Below, one piece after another: positions 1-9,920 of a DNA stretch of 64,000 bases; position 1 is the stretch's first letter; every line of letters begins with the position of its first letter. A program made the position numbers and the translations under genes. The stretch lies in contig CAVPLT010000007.1 of the NCBI GenBank assembly GCA_963706325.1, forward strand, positions 640,001 through 704,000, read 5' to 3'. The notes under the pieces were generated by a model. It made no database searches, had not been told where the DNA came from, and worked only from the letters and a program-made list of their open reading frames with translations. Source of the DNA: an uncultured Nitrospiraceae bacterium (lineage in GTDB: Bacteria > Nitrospirota > Nitrospiria > Nitrospirales > Nitrospiraceae).

Positions 1-210
1 AAGGACAAGGAATACAAGGGCAAGGCTAAGAGCGTTTCTGACTACATTATGGAATCCATTGTCGAGCCTAGTGCCTACGTCGTGAAGGGTTTTCCTGACA
101 ACACTATGCCGAAGGTGTTCGGCCAAAAGCTCAGTGCTGGAGCATTGAAGAAAATTGTTGATTACCTTTCGCAGGTCCAGGAAGGGAAAGAGCCACCCAA
201 GGCCTCTTAG
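1..210 (+). CDS. C-terminal part of a c-type cytochrome (5' truncated by window)
   Basis: Frame +1 is open to TAG at 208-210 and reads KDKEYKGKAKSVSDYIMESIVEPSAYVVKGFPDNTMPKVFGQKLS...KIVDYL. YIxESIxxPxAYVVxGF..xMP is the typical distal-Met region of monoheme cytochromes c. Confidence 0.75.
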   Translation, partial: KDKEYKGKAKSVSDYIMESIVEPSAYVVKGFPDNTMPKVFGQKLSAGALKKIVDYLSQVQEGKEPPKAS

Positions 211-262
211 GTAAGGGAAATGGGTATCTCATTGCGGCTGCGGAACAAAGGGAGATGACGAA

Positions 263-1300
263 ATGAAAGCATTAATGTCAGTCGGGGCGTTGATCGGAGT
301 CGTTGGGTTACTCATGTTGATCGGTATGATCTTCGGAGTCGTTCCCTCGAATACGGTCCGGCTTGTTGAGGGCTACATGCCCATGCAGGTATTGAGTGAG
401 CTCGCCATTTTCGTGGCAGGTTTTACCGGTCTGAGCTATATGCTCAATGTAATGGGAATTGCCTTCCCTCGTTTCTGGCAGGGCATTTTGTTTTGGGTGT
501 TTATCATGACTTACCTCAAGTTCCGTATCTACCCACCAATACCTTTCAGTGTTCGGGCGATGTATGGCACGGTGTCGTTTGTCGCGGTGTTTATGTGGGT
601 ATCGGCGAATGAAGAGGATTGGAAGAAGTTCAAACAGCCTATATTGAATGTGCTCGATGCCCACACGGGATTCCACAAGGCGCTTCGCACAATGTATCTG
701 ATACTCTTGCCGCTCCTCATCGGTGGCTTCTCGTTTTTGACGATGAAGCCCAGCGTCGATGAGCCGATTGAGCTTCGAACCGTGCATCCAGCACCGCCTG
801 CCAGCACGAAGGTGCATGGCAAGACCTATACGTTGCAAACATCACAGAATCCCTACCGCGTGAATCCCGAAGGAAAGTATGATCAGGAATATAGCAATAA
901 AATGATCGTGGAGCAGTCGATGGGACGATTGATGTCCCCCAATGCCAATCCGTGGGACGACAAGGCTGAAGGATATTTGAAATACGTTCGTGAGGGTGGT
1001 GAAATATTTTTCCAGAACTGTCATTTCTGTCATGGCGACAATCTTAACGGACGCGGTCTGCACGCCTTTGCCTTTAATCCCATTCCTGCAAACTTCACCG
1101 ATCCGGGAACGATTGCCCAGCTACAAGAGACATTCATTTTCTGGCGTGTAGCCAAGGGTGGAATCGGTTTGCCGACTGAAGGTTTCCCCTGGGCTTCTGT
1201 CATGCCACCATGGGAACAACATCTGACAACCGATGAAATCTGGAAAGTGATTCTTTTCGAATATTGGCACACGGGATACTATCCTCGGACATGGGATTAA
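263..1300 (+). CDS. Membrane-anchored monoheme cytochrome c (several N-terminal TM helices + C-terminal cytochrome c domain)
   Basis: Hydrophobic N-terminal segments, CHFCH heme motif, PANFTD and distal Met in ASVMPPW. RBS GGGAG upstream. Confidence 0.85.
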   Translation: MKALMSVGALIGVVGLLMLIGMIFGVVPSNTVRLVEGYMPMQVLSELAIFVAGFTGLSYMLNVMGIAFPRFWQGILFWVFIMTYLKFRIYPPIPFSVRAMYGTVSFVAVFMWVSANEEDWKKFKQPILNVLDAHTGFHKALRTMYLILLPLLIGGFSFLTMKPSVDEPIELRTVHPAPPASTKVHGKTYTLQTSQNPYRVNPEGKYDQEYSNKMIVEQSMGRLMSPNANPWDDKAEGYLKYVREGGEIFFQNCHFCHGDNLNGRGLHAFAFNPIPANFTDPGTIAQLQETFIFWRVAKGGIGLPTEGFPWASVMPPWEQHLTTDEIWKVILFEYWHTGYYPRTWD

Positions 1301-1344
1301 TCGAATCTTACAAACAACCTGGGAGAACAGGTGTGAGGCTAACA

Positions 1345-3123
1345 ATGAGCAAATTTGGGATGAACGGAAAGCCGACGTTGGTTATCGGTGCGGCATTAGG
1401 CGCCCTTCTCTTCTCCGCGGTCGGTGAGGGGGTCCTTGCGGCAGATCTTCCAGCGGGCTTCAAGGCGGGTGAGCTGTCGCCAGCACCTCCGGCAGACATG
1501 ATCGAAGCCGGGAAACGGGTCTATTTTACTAAATGCGTATGGTGCCATGGCGTCGATGGTGCTGGAGATGGGCCTGGAGCCGACCGCCTGTGGCCGCGTC
1601 CCAGGAACTTCAATCAGGGGACCTTCAAAATTCGTCATACGGCGAGCGGGGAATTGCCTCTGTTTAACTACAATGAACGATCCGCGGATTCTGGAAAGAA
1701 CGACCTTTTTGATACCGTGACACATGGCCTACCTGGTTCTGCAATGCCGCCGTGGGAAGGTATTCTAAGCGAAGAGCAACGTACTCAAGTGTTGTCTTTC
1801 GTGACGACGCAGTTGGTCAAGGACCGGAAGTTTACCGATAAGGAAGAATCACAGACCATTCTTCAATTGGGTACGATCAAGGCGGTTGAGGCGACCGAAG
1901 AGAGTCTGAAGAAGGGCGCAGCGCTAATTGTCGATAAGAAATGCATTGAGTGTCATGGTGTGGAAGGGCGCGGAGACGGGAATGCTTTCAACCTGAAGGA
2001 TGACTGGGGATTTTCCATCCAGCCAGCCAATTGGCACAAGTGCTGGAATTTTCGTGGTAGCCGCCAGGATCCCTATAATGTACGGAACATTTTCCGTACC
2101 TTTTCAACCGGGGTGAACGGTACGCCCATGCCGTCATTTGCGGACAATACGACTGTCGAGGAGCGATGGGACATTGCCAACTTCGTCAACTCGTTATGTG
2201 AGCGCGATGGCGACGGGAAACCGCTCGGTATCGATCCGCAATCAGACAAGCCCAAAATCAATTTCGTCGTTCCCTCTGCTCCGATTGAAGGGGAAATTTC
2301 AGATGACCCCGAGAATGAGATGTGGAAGAAGGCGAGCCGTCGCTACATAGCTATGGGCGGTCAGATCACCCACAAACCACGGAACTTTGTGAATCGTATC
2401 GACGATATTTGGGTGAAGTCACTGTATAACGAAAAGAATGTTGTCTATCTCATCCAGTGGGATGATCGAACGAAGAGCGTCGCGGAGGGGAAACTTCCAT
2501 GGGCGCCGACCCAAGTTAACGTGGAAAATTTCGGTGTGAAGGAACAAGCGCCGAAAACTGGCGAAGAGGGATCCATCGCGTCTGCCCAGAACAATTATGC
2601 GGTCTATAACGATGGGATTGGTTTCCAGTTCCCGATTAAGTGGCAGGAAATTCCCGCTCCTTTCAAGCCCCGGTATTTGTGGGGAGATGCGAAGTTCAAT
2701 GCCGATATTCTCAAGTGGGAATCGGACGGTTCTTTGAGGTCCTTTAAAGGGACTGGGTGGGACCAGGACTTTGAAGAGCGGGATGATTTCGAAGAGAAAG
2801 TTAAGGTGTTGAAGTCCGAGTGGAAGAATGGTCAGTGGACCGTCATGATCTCTCGTCCGCTCAAGGGTGACAAGGACGATTATGACGAGTACACCAGGTT
2901 CGATGTCGGAAAGTATATTCCAATGGTTTTCTTTGCCTGGGATGGGCATAACGGTGATGCGGGACGTAAGATGGCCGTATCGGCTTTCTATTACACGATT
3001 CTCCAGCCGCCGATTCCTCAGGAAGTGTACATTTACCCGGCCGTCATCGCGGTTGGCGTGGTGCTTCTGGAAGGCTGGATGCTGACCCGCCGTGCCAACA
3101 AGAAGAAGGGCAAAGTGCTCTAG
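1345..3123 (+). CDS. Diheme cytochrome c fused to an EB_dh-like (DMSO reductase type II gamma) domain with C-terminal TM anchor; alternative NxrC candidate
   Basis: Signal peptide after ATG 1345. CVWCH and CIECH motifs, each followed by PRNF/PANW...MP. C-terminal domain has W.D.T, GQWTVMISRPL and FFAWDG.NG motifs, then a TM helix and basic tail. Confidence 0.8.
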   Translation: MSKFGMNGKPTLVIGAALGALLFSAVGEGVLAADLPAGFKAGELSPAPPADMIEAGKRVYFTKCVWCHGVDGAGDGPGADRLWPRPRNFNQGTFKIRHTASGELPLFNYNERSADSGKNDLFDTVTHGLPGSAMPPWEGILSEEQRTQVLSFVTTQLVKDRKFTDKEESQTILQLGTIKAVEATEESLKKGAALIVDKKCIECHGVEGRGDGNAFNLKDDWGFSIQPANWHKCWNFRGSRQDPYNVRNIFRTFSTGVNGTPMPSFADNTTVEERWDIANFVNSLCERDGDGKPLGIDPQSDKPKINFVVPSAPIEGEISDDPENEMWKKASRRYIAMGGQITHKPRNFVNRIDDIWVKSLYNEKNVVYLIQWDDRTKSVAEGKLPWAPTQVNVENFGVKEQAPKTGEEGSIASAQNNYAVYNDGIGFQFPIKWQEIPAPFKPRYLWGDAKFNADILKWESDGSLRSFKGTGWDQDFEERDDFEEKVKVLKSEWKNGQWTVMISRPLKGDKDDYDEYTRFDVGKYIPMVFFAWDGHNGDAGRKMAVSAFYYTILQPPIPQEVYIYPAVIAVGVVLLEGWMLTRRANKKKGKVL

Positions 3124-3153
3124 GCGATAGACGAACCAAGTCTACGATTGTAG

Positions 3154-3189
3154 CGAGGGGGTGGGGGAACTCACCCCCTCGTTCTTTTT
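3154..3189 (+). terminator. Rho-independent terminator
   Basis: 10-bp stem CGAGGGGGTG/CACCCCCTCG followed by TTCTTTTT, 30 nt after the stop at 3123. Confidence 0.8.
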
Positions 3190-3217
3190 GCACCAATTGA
3201 GCAGACAGCTAAGAACG

Positions 3218-3838
3218 ATGCCGAGCCACATTATTAGCAAGGTGTCAGGTGTTCTGATTGCCGGTGGACAGAGCCGGCGGATGGGTCACGACAAACGATT
3301 TATCACGGTGGGCGGAATCGGGATATTTCGGCGGACCCTGGATGTCTTGAAGAAGACATTTGCGGAGACGATTGTGGTGTTAGCGGAGCCTGTTGATTCG
3401 CTCGATGCGCAGGGAAGCAAGGTTGTGTATGACATCGTTCCAAATGCTGGCAGTCTGGGCGGCCTTTATACCGGTCTGATGACCTCCTCAGAGTCACGTG
3501 TATTCGCAGTGGCTTGCGACATGCCGTTTCTGGACGCTGAGGTGATTCATTACATGGCTTCATTTGATAGGACGGCCGATGTAGTCGTCGCAGAACTGGA
3601 GGGCAGGTTTCAGCCTATGCATGCGATGTATTCTCAACGATGCCTTCCTTATCTTCAGGCTATGGCGGATAAGCAGGATCTCAAGATACAACGCCTGTTT
3701 CTCGAGAAACAGCTGCGGGTTGCTGTGTTAAGCAAGTCTCACTTAACAGGGCTCGCCTCGGGGCATAGGTCGTTTCAGAATATCAATACGCCGGACGACT
3801 TGGCGCGGGCTGTGGCACCCCTCCATGACCAACCGTGA
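3218..3838 (+). CDS. mobA: Molybdenum cofactor guanylyltransferase
   Basis: GVLIAGGQSRRMGHDK, GSLGGLYTGL, VACDMPF and FQNINTPDDL motifs. Start moved to ATG 3218, downstream of the terminator. Confidence 0.9.
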   Translation: MPSHIISKVSGVLIAGGQSRRMGHDKRFITVGGIGIFRRTLDVLKKTFAETIVVLAEPVDSLDAQGSKVVYDIVPNAGSLGGLYTGLMTSSESRVFAVACDMPFLDAEVIHYMASFDRTADVVVAELEGRFQPMHAMYSQRCLPYLQAMADKQDLKIQRLFLEKQLRVAVLSKSHLTGLASGHRSFQNINTPDDLARAVAPLHDQP

Positions 3839-4869
3839 CAAGTCATGCTGCGCCGCATATTGAACGGCGTGGGGTACTTGTCGTTCACCCCGGCTCAATT
3901 GGTGACGTGCTGTTGTCTCGCCCTGCCTTGAGCCTGCTGCGGCATCAATTCCCACAGCATGAAATTGCGCTCTTAGCCGGTGCAGCTGTGGGGTTGCTCT
4001 TGCGTGATGCTGGGGAGATTGATCGCGTATTCCCGCTCGAATCGACATGTTTGGCAGAATTATTCGCCGGGAGCGATAGCGTTCATCTGTCGTTCAAGCG
4101 GTGGTCGACCACGTGTGATCTCGCGCTGGCTTGGCTGCAGGATAGAGACGGAGCGATCGCGGATACACTTAGGGACCTCGGCGTTCAACGCGTGTGTGTG
4201 CAATCCCCTTCCTCCCCTCACCTGCTGTCCGAACATCAAGCGGCTCGGTATATTGAAGTGCTGGAGGGCAAATTTGCCAGTGAGGTGAAGAGCAGCCCAC
4301 TAATGATCTCAGCATCAGCGCGAGAACATGGAAGGCAGATACTTCAAGCGCTGAACTGGAGCATGCAGCAATGTCTAGTGGTGATTCATCCCGGTAGTGG
4401 GAGCATCCACAAATGTATGGAAGCGTCATGCTTCGCGCCTGTGATCACGTGGTTAGACAGAGAAGGAGCGTTTCCCGTACTGCTGGAGGGGCCATCGGAT
4501 GGGGAATGTGTCGCTCGGGTGCTGGGGGCTCTCAGTGTATCTGTGCCGGTCATCCGCGGTCGCGAACTTTCTTCGTCCGCGGGAGTCCTCTCGCATGCGG
4601 ATATCTACCTTGGGCACGACTCCGGCATGACGCACCTTGCCGCGGCTCTATCCATACCGACCATTGCCTGCTTCGGTCCTACGAACCCGCGACGATGGGC
4701 TCCACTTGGGCACAGAGTCTCCATTCTGACCGGGGAGCTATGCCGTTGTCACGATTGGACAAGTGTGGAGTGTTGCCGAGAGAAGGTTTGCCTTGGCATT
4801 CACCCTGAGCGCGTCATTGAAGGTTGCCGAGAGCTATTGATGCGACGATCAGCGCAGCCCACACTCTAA
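3835..4869 (+). CDS. Glycosyltransferase family 9 (ADP-heptose:LPS heptosyltransferase-like)
   Basis: GSIGDVLLSRP, IHPGSG, GHDSGMTHLAAAL and FGPTNPRRWAP motifs. Confidence 0.88.
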   Translation: MTSHAAPHIERRGVLVVHPGSIGDVLLSRPALSLLRHQFPQHEIALLAGAAVGLLLRDAGEIDRVFPLESTCLAELFAGSDSVHLSFKRWSTTCDLALAWLQDRDGAIADTLRDLGVQRVCVQSPSSPHLLSEHQAARYIEVLEGKFASEVKSSPLMISASAREHGRQILQALNWSMQQCLVVIHPGSGSIHKCMEASCFAPVITWLDREGAFPVLLEGPSDGECVARVLGALSVSVPVIRGRELSSSAGVLSHADIYLGHDSGMTHLAAALSIPTIACFGPTNPRRWAPLGHRVSILTGELCRCHDWTSVECCREKVCLGIHPERVIEGCRELLMRRSAQPTL

Positions 4870-4952
4870 CCGCGATCTTGTCTCTCATGTGCTGGTGTGT
4901 TAGATTTCCAGTTTGATTTTCGCTGTTTCCACGCAGACTTAGAGAGGTTTCT

Positions 4953-6707
4953 GTGAGTCAAGGTGTCGTGCAGGATAAGGTCAGCGCGGCGTTGGTCGGG
5001 GCGCTCCGGCTGGCGCAACAACGAGGCCTTCTCAAGGTGGAGCAGATGCCGGTTGTGAACCTCGAAGCCCCAAAGCGACCTGAGTGGGGCGATGTCTCCT
5101 CCACTCTGGCCATGTCCATGTCGGCATCCGAACGACGGCCACCGTTCGAAATCGCCCAAATCATCATTGATCACATCGAACAACGAGATGCGCTATTCAA
5201 TCGCGTTGAAATTGTGCGACCTGGATTTCTCAATCTAACTGTCAAGCAGCAGTTGTGGATGGAAGTCTTGCATGAAATCGAGGCTCAAGGCGCAGCGTAT
5301 GGACATAGTCAGGTGGGGAAAGCGCGTCGAGTCTTGGTGGAGTATGTCAGCGCGAATCCGACTGGCCCGTTGCATGTGGGGCATGGACGTGGCGCAGCCG
5401 TAGGGCAGGCCCTGGTTCGTCTCTTAAAAGCCACCGGTCATGAGGTGGTCAGCGAATACTACATTAACGATGCCGGCAGACAGATGAAACTGTTGGGGGT
5501 GTCCGTTCTGGCGCGTTACCTGGAGTCCTGCGGAAGGCCAGTGCCGTTTCCCGAAGATGGGTATCACGGTGACTATATTCGCGCGGTCGCTGCCCGTGTG
5601 AAAGCGGAACAGGGCGAGGACTTACTTTCCTTGCCCACGGTTGAGGCGGAAGAACGGAGTAAGAACGTTGCCTACCAGGAGTTACTAACCCTCATCCGGC
5701 AGGATCTGGAAACCTTTGGAATTACCTTTGAGTCCTGGTTCAGTGAAGCCTCGTTGTTATCTTCGGGCACTGTGGTCCAAGTCTTGAGTGAGCTCAAGAC
5801 TCGCGACCTGTTGTTCGACCAGGATGGCGCGCAATGGTTTCGTTCGTCGGCGTTCGGGGATGAAAAGGATCGCGTCGTCCGCAAGCAGGAAGGGGACTAT
5901 ACCTATCTGGCCTCCGACATCGCCTACCATCGCGATAAATTGCGGCGCGGCTTTGATCTATTGGTTGATGTGTGGGGCGCCGATCACCACGGCTACATAC
6001 CACGGATGCAGGCCGTCGTCCAAGCCTATGGGTATCCCAAGGAGCGGCTGAGGGTCGTGCTGGTGCAAATGGTCAATCTCTTGCGCGGCGGTCAGAAGGT
6101 CGAGATGTCGAAGCGGGCTGGAGAGTTCATCACGCTTCGCGAGGTGATGGACGAGGTCGGGGCGGATGCCGCGAAGTTTTTCTTTCTCATGCGTGACGCC
6201 AACTCTCATCTGGACTTCGACTTGGAATTAGCCAAGCAGCAATCGCAAGAGAACCCTGTCTACTATGTGCAGTATGCGCACGCGCGGATTGCCAGTCTCC
6301 GGCGTGTGGCGGCCGCGCGCGGTATCGACTGTCCGCTCCCGAGTCAGGCAAACCTCGATCTGTTGCAAGACCCCGATGAACTCGCGCTCATTCGAAAATT
6401 GTCGGCCTTTCCGGTGGTGCTGCAAGCAAGTGCGCTGGAACTTGAGCCACACCGAATGGCCTACTACCTGCGTGAGTTGGCCGGCATGCTGCACCCATTT
6501 TATAATAAGCATCGGATTTTGCCTCCCGCGCCTGAGAGTGAAACGGCCCTTGTACCTTCAACCGATATAGCGCCTTCGACCAGCCGACACCTGGCGGTCG
6601 TAACGCCAGGCCTGACGGGCGCCCGGTTAGCATTAATGTGGGCAGTGCAGCAGGTGGTCCGAAACGGGCTGAATGTGCTGGGCGTCTCAGCTCCGGAGCA
6701 GATGTAG
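4953..6707 (+). CDS. argS: Arginine--tRNA ligase
   Basis: EYVSANPTGPLHVGHGRGA (HIGH), WGADHHGY, MSKRAG, YYVQYAHAR and terminal APEQM. Confidence 0.97.
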   Translation: MSQGVVQDKVSAALVGALRLAQQRGLLKVEQMPVVNLEAPKRPEWGDVSSTLAMSMSASERRPPFEIAQIIIDHIEQRDALFNRVEIVRPGFLNLTVKQQLWMEVLHEIEAQGAAYGHSQVGKARRVLVEYVSANPTGPLHVGHGRGAAVGQALVRLLKATGHEVVSEYYINDAGRQMKLLGVSVLARYLESCGRPVPFPEDGYHGDYIRAVAARVKAEQGEDLLSLPTVEAEERSKNVAYQELLTLIRQDLETFGITFESWFSEASLLSSGTVVQVLSELKTRDLLFDQDGAQWFRSSAFGDEKDRVVRKQEGDYTYLASDIAYHRDKLRRGFDLLVDVWGADHHGYIPRMQAVVQAYGYPKERLRVVLVQMVNLLRGGQKVEMSKRAGEFITLREVMDEVGADAAKFFFLMRDANSHLDFDLELAKQQSQENPVYYVQYAHARIASLRRVAAARGIDCPLPSQANLDLLQDPDELALIRKLSAFPVVLQASALELEPHRMAYYLRELAGMLHPFYNKHRILPPAPESETALVPSTDIAPSTSRHLAVVTPGLTGARLALMWAVQQVVRNGLNVLGVSAPEQM

Positions 6708-6720
6708 GACCACCGATCGG

Positions 6721-7878
6721 ATGTTATCGTTCCGCATCACACATGAAGAATCCACCGGGTGTGCTCGTGTGGGTCTGTTGACTACCGGGCGCGGTGAGAT
6801 TGCCACGCCAGCCTTTATGCCGGTCGGCTCATTGGGCAATGTGCGAAGCGTTGATGGCGAGGAACTTCTCAAGATGGGCTATGGGCTCATCCTGAATAAT
6901 GCCTACCATCTGTTCTTGCGTCCCGGCCACAAGGTGGTACAAGAGTTGGGCGGGGTGCATGGATTTACCGCCTGGCCCGGCGCCATCCTGACCGATAGTG
7001 GTGGCTTTCAAGTCTTCAGTTTGGCCAAGTTTTGCAAGATCACGGATCAAGGCGTGATCTTTCAATCGCATATCGATGGGTCGTCGCGGTTTATCAGTCC
7101 AGAAACCTCGATTGAGATTCAGGAAGCCTTAGGCGCGGATATCATCATGGCGTTCGATCATGTCGTCGCGCTGCCTTCGTCCTCTGAGCAGGTGCGTGAT
7201 GCCGCCAAACGGACGTCGTTGTGGGCGCGTCGTTGTGTGAGCGCCAGACGGCGCACAGATCAATCACTGTTCGGTATCGTCCAGGGGGGATTAGATCCGG
7301 CGTTGCGGGTAGAGTCGGCGCGCGACTTGGTGTCCGTCGGATTTGATGGATATGCCGTCGGCGGATTATCAGTGGGCGAGGGGAAGGCCGACATGTATGC
7401 CATGTTGGACGTGACAGTGCCCGAGCTGCCATCAACCAAACCCCGCTACCTCATGGGTGTGGGCATGCCTGAGGATCTCGTCGAAGGGGTGGCGCGCGGG
7501 ATTGATATGTTCGACTGTGTCGTCCCCTCCCGTCATGGTCGCACGGGCTGGTTGTTCACATCGTTTGGGCGTGTCGTCATCAAGCAAGCCCGCTATGCGA
7601 GGGATGAACAGCCCATCGACCCGGCCTGCCACTGTCCGGTCTGCACTCGCTATACGCGGGCCTATTTACACCATTTGTTCGGTATCAAGGAAATGTTGGG
7701 CGCTCGTCTGAATACGATTCATAATTTGTGGTTTTTTGCACAGCTGATGCAGGAGATCCGGAGCGCCGTGCGAGGTGGAACGTTTCAAGAGTTTCGGCGC
7801 CAATTTCATCGGACCTACCTTGTTGATCGGCCGGGGGGCGAATGCCGGTTGGATGCCCAGAATATAGACGTTTCTTAA
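6721..7878 (+). CDS. tgt: tRNA-guanine(34) transglycosylase
   Basis: TPAFMPVG, LTDSGGFQVFSL, GIVQGG, DMFDCVVP and Zn site CHCPVC...H. Confidence 0.96.
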   Translation: MLSFRITHEESTGCARVGLLTTGRGEIATPAFMPVGSLGNVRSVDGEELLKMGYGLILNNAYHLFLRPGHKVVQELGGVHGFTAWPGAILTDSGGFQVFSLAKFCKITDQGVIFQSHIDGSSRFISPETSIEIQEALGADIIMAFDHVVALPSSSEQVRDAAKRTSLWARRCVSARRRTDQSLFGIVQGGLDPALRVESARDLVSVGFDGYAVGGLSVGEGKADMYAMLDVTVPELPSTKPRYLMGVGMPEDLVEGVARGIDMFDCVVPSRHGRTGWLFTSFGRVVIKQARYARDEQPIDPACHCPVCTRYTRAYLHHLFGIKEMLGARLNTIHNLWFFAQLMQEIRSAVRGGTFQEFRRQFHRTYLVDRPGGECRLDAQNIDVS

Positions 7879-7901
7879 CGGCGAAATAGGCGAGGGACAT
7901 T

Positions 7902-8222
7902 ATGTGGGATTCGGTGGCATGGGCACAGGGAATATCCGGGGGAACGGGGACAGGGGGTGGCCTCTTGTCATTGGTACCATTTGTTCTGATCTTCGTCATT
8001 TTCTATTTCATGCTGATTCTGCCGCAACAGAAGCGCAAGAAGCAGGCGGATGCCATGATGGCCGCTCTCAAGAAGGGGGATAAGGTGGTCACGGCGTCCG
8101 GGATTTGGGGCAGCATCACGAACATGGGAAAAGACACGGTCACGCTGCAAATTGCGGACAACACGAAAATCAAAATCCAGAAAGAGCATATTGCTCGGCT
8201 GCGCGGTGACGAAGAGGATTGA
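7902..8222 (+). CDS. yajC: Preprotein translocase subunit YajC
   Basis: Single TM FYFMLILPQQKRKK and LKKGDKVVTASGIWG. Canonical tgt-yajC-secD-secF order. Confidence 0.95.
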   Translation: MWDSVAWAQGISGGTGTGGGLLSLVPFVLIFVIFYFMLILPQQKRKKQADAMMAALKKGDKVVTASGIWGSITNMGKDTVTLQIADNTKIKIQKEHIARLRGDEED

Positions 8223-8257
8223 CGCACGCGACGGAGACGGGAAGGATTGGCGCACGT

Positions 8258-9907
8258 ATGAAGAAAGTCGGCGGACGGTTGTTGGCCTTAGTGACGATGG
8301 TGATCGCCTCGATCATCTTTTTTTTGCCTTCGTATCAACCCTTGTACAAGGAGCTGCCGAGGTGGGTTCGGGATGTCCTGCCTGATAAGGGCATTACCCT
8401 GGGACTTGATCTGCAAGGGGGAATTCATTTGGTCCTCGAGGTGGAGGAAGATCGCGCCGTGGAAATCGCGGTGGACCGCGCGGCCGCGGGGATACAAGAC
8501 CTGCTGCTCGAAAAGAAGATTCCGGCCGAATCGGTCAAACGTACCGGATCCTCGCGGATTACCATCGGGTTTCAAAATGCCGAGCTGAAGGCGCAAGTCC
8601 AGAAGATGCTGGAAGATTTTCCGACCTATATGGAAGTGGAGCCGGCGGGGTCCGCCAACAGTATCGTGTGGGAATTGCGGGATGCGGAGATCAAGCGCAT
8701 CAAGGATTCCGCCATCAATCAGGCGCTGGAGACGATTCGGAATCGCATTGACCAGTTTGGCGTGGCCGAACCGCTGATCCAACGGCAGGGCTTGAAGCAG
8801 GTCGTGGTGCAGTTACCTGGAATCAAGGATGCCAAGTTGGCCAAGGATCTCATCAAGCAAACCGCGTTGCTCGAATTCAAGCTACTGGATGATGACAATC
8901 AGGCGAAGTTGGACTTGCCTGGTCGGATCCAGAAAGGGAAAGAGCGCGAAGAGGCGCTTTTGAAGCAAGTAGAAGGGAAGATGCCGGAAGGCGACCAGAT
9001 TCTTTTCGAGAGGATCGTGGAAAAAGACAGCGGACAGGAATGGCTCGCGCCCTATCTGGTGAAGAAGCGAGTCATGCTGGCCGGCGATGTGTTGAGCGAT
9101 GCCCGGGTGTCCATCGGCCAATTCAACGAGCCCTACGTGTCGGTGACGTTCGACGCGAAGGGGGCAAGGGAATTCGACCGGATCACAGGCGAGAACGTCA
9201 AGAAGCGCATGGCCATCGTGCTCGACAATACCATCTATTCGGCGCCGGTCATTCAGGAGCGAATCAGTGGAGGAAGGGCTCAAATCACCGGGACGTTTTC
9301 GATGGAAGAAGCGAACAATCTAGCGATTGTTCTTCGGGCCGGCGCCTTGCCGGCACCGCTGAAGATCATTCAGGATCTGACCGTCGGCCCATCGCTCGGG
9401 CGAGATTCGATCGAGAAGGGGGTGAAGGCGACCCTCTTCGCGGGGCTTCTCGTGATCGTGTTTATGGCAATCTATTACCGATTGTCTGGCGTGATCGCGA
9501 ATTTTGCGCTGATGCTGAATCTGATCTGCCTGATCGGGTTCCTCGCGGCCTTGAATGCCACGCTGACGTTGCCCGGTATTGCCGGCATTATTCTGACGAT
9601 CGGCATGGGAGTCGACTCAAACGTCTTGATCTTCGAGCGTATCCGTGAAGAGCTGCGGCTGGGAAAACCGGTTCGGTTGGCCATTGATGCGGGGTACGAT
9701 AAGGCCTTTTTGACCATTGTCGACTCGCACGTCACGACGTTGATCACCGGGTTCGCGTTGTTTCTGTTCGGAACCGGGCCGATCAAAGGCTTTGCTGTCA
9801 CCTTGTGCCTCGGCATCGCGATCAATCTTTTCACGGCGCTGGTCGGGACCAAGGTGGTCTTCGATCTGCTGAATCAGCGAAAGAAAATTGAGCAGCTCAG
9901 TATCTAG
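8258..9907 (+). CDS. secD: Protein translocase subunit SecD
   Basis: LGLDLQGG, RIDQFGVAEP, GMGVDSNVLIFERIREE and GPIKGFAVTL. Confidence 0.97.
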   Translation: MKKVGGRLLALVTMVIASIIFFLPSYQPLYKELPRWVRDVLPDKGITLGLDLQGGIHLVLEVEEDRAVEIAVDRAAAGIQDLLLEKKIPAESVKRTGSSRITIGFQNAELKAQVQKMLEDFPTYMEVEPAGSANSIVWELRDAEIKRIKDSAINQALETIRNRIDQFGVAEPLIQRQGLKQVVVQLPGIKDAKLAKDLIKQTALLEFKLLDDDNQAKLDLPGRIQKGKEREEALLKQVEGKMPEGDQILFERIVEKDSGQEWLAPYLVKKRVMLAGDVLSDARVSIGQFNEPYVSVTFDAKGAREFDRITGENVKKRMAIVLDNTIYSAPVIQERISGGRAQITGTFSMEEANNLAIVLRAGALPAPLKIIQDLTVGPSLGRDSIEKGVKATLFAGLLVIVFMAIYYRLSGVIANFALMLNLICLIGFLAALNATLTLPGIAGIILTIGMGVDSNVLIFERIREELRLGKPVRLAIDAGYDKAFLTIVDSHVTTLITGFALFLFGTGPIKGFAVTLCLGIAINLFTALVGTKVVFDLLNQRKKIEQLSI

Positions 9908-9920
9908 GAAGGGAGCCGGC

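Noticed and set aside
6523..6612. Pro/Ser/Thr-rich insertion in the ArgS anticodon-binding domain
   Set aside because: In-frame variable loop with no intein or mobile-element hallmarks.
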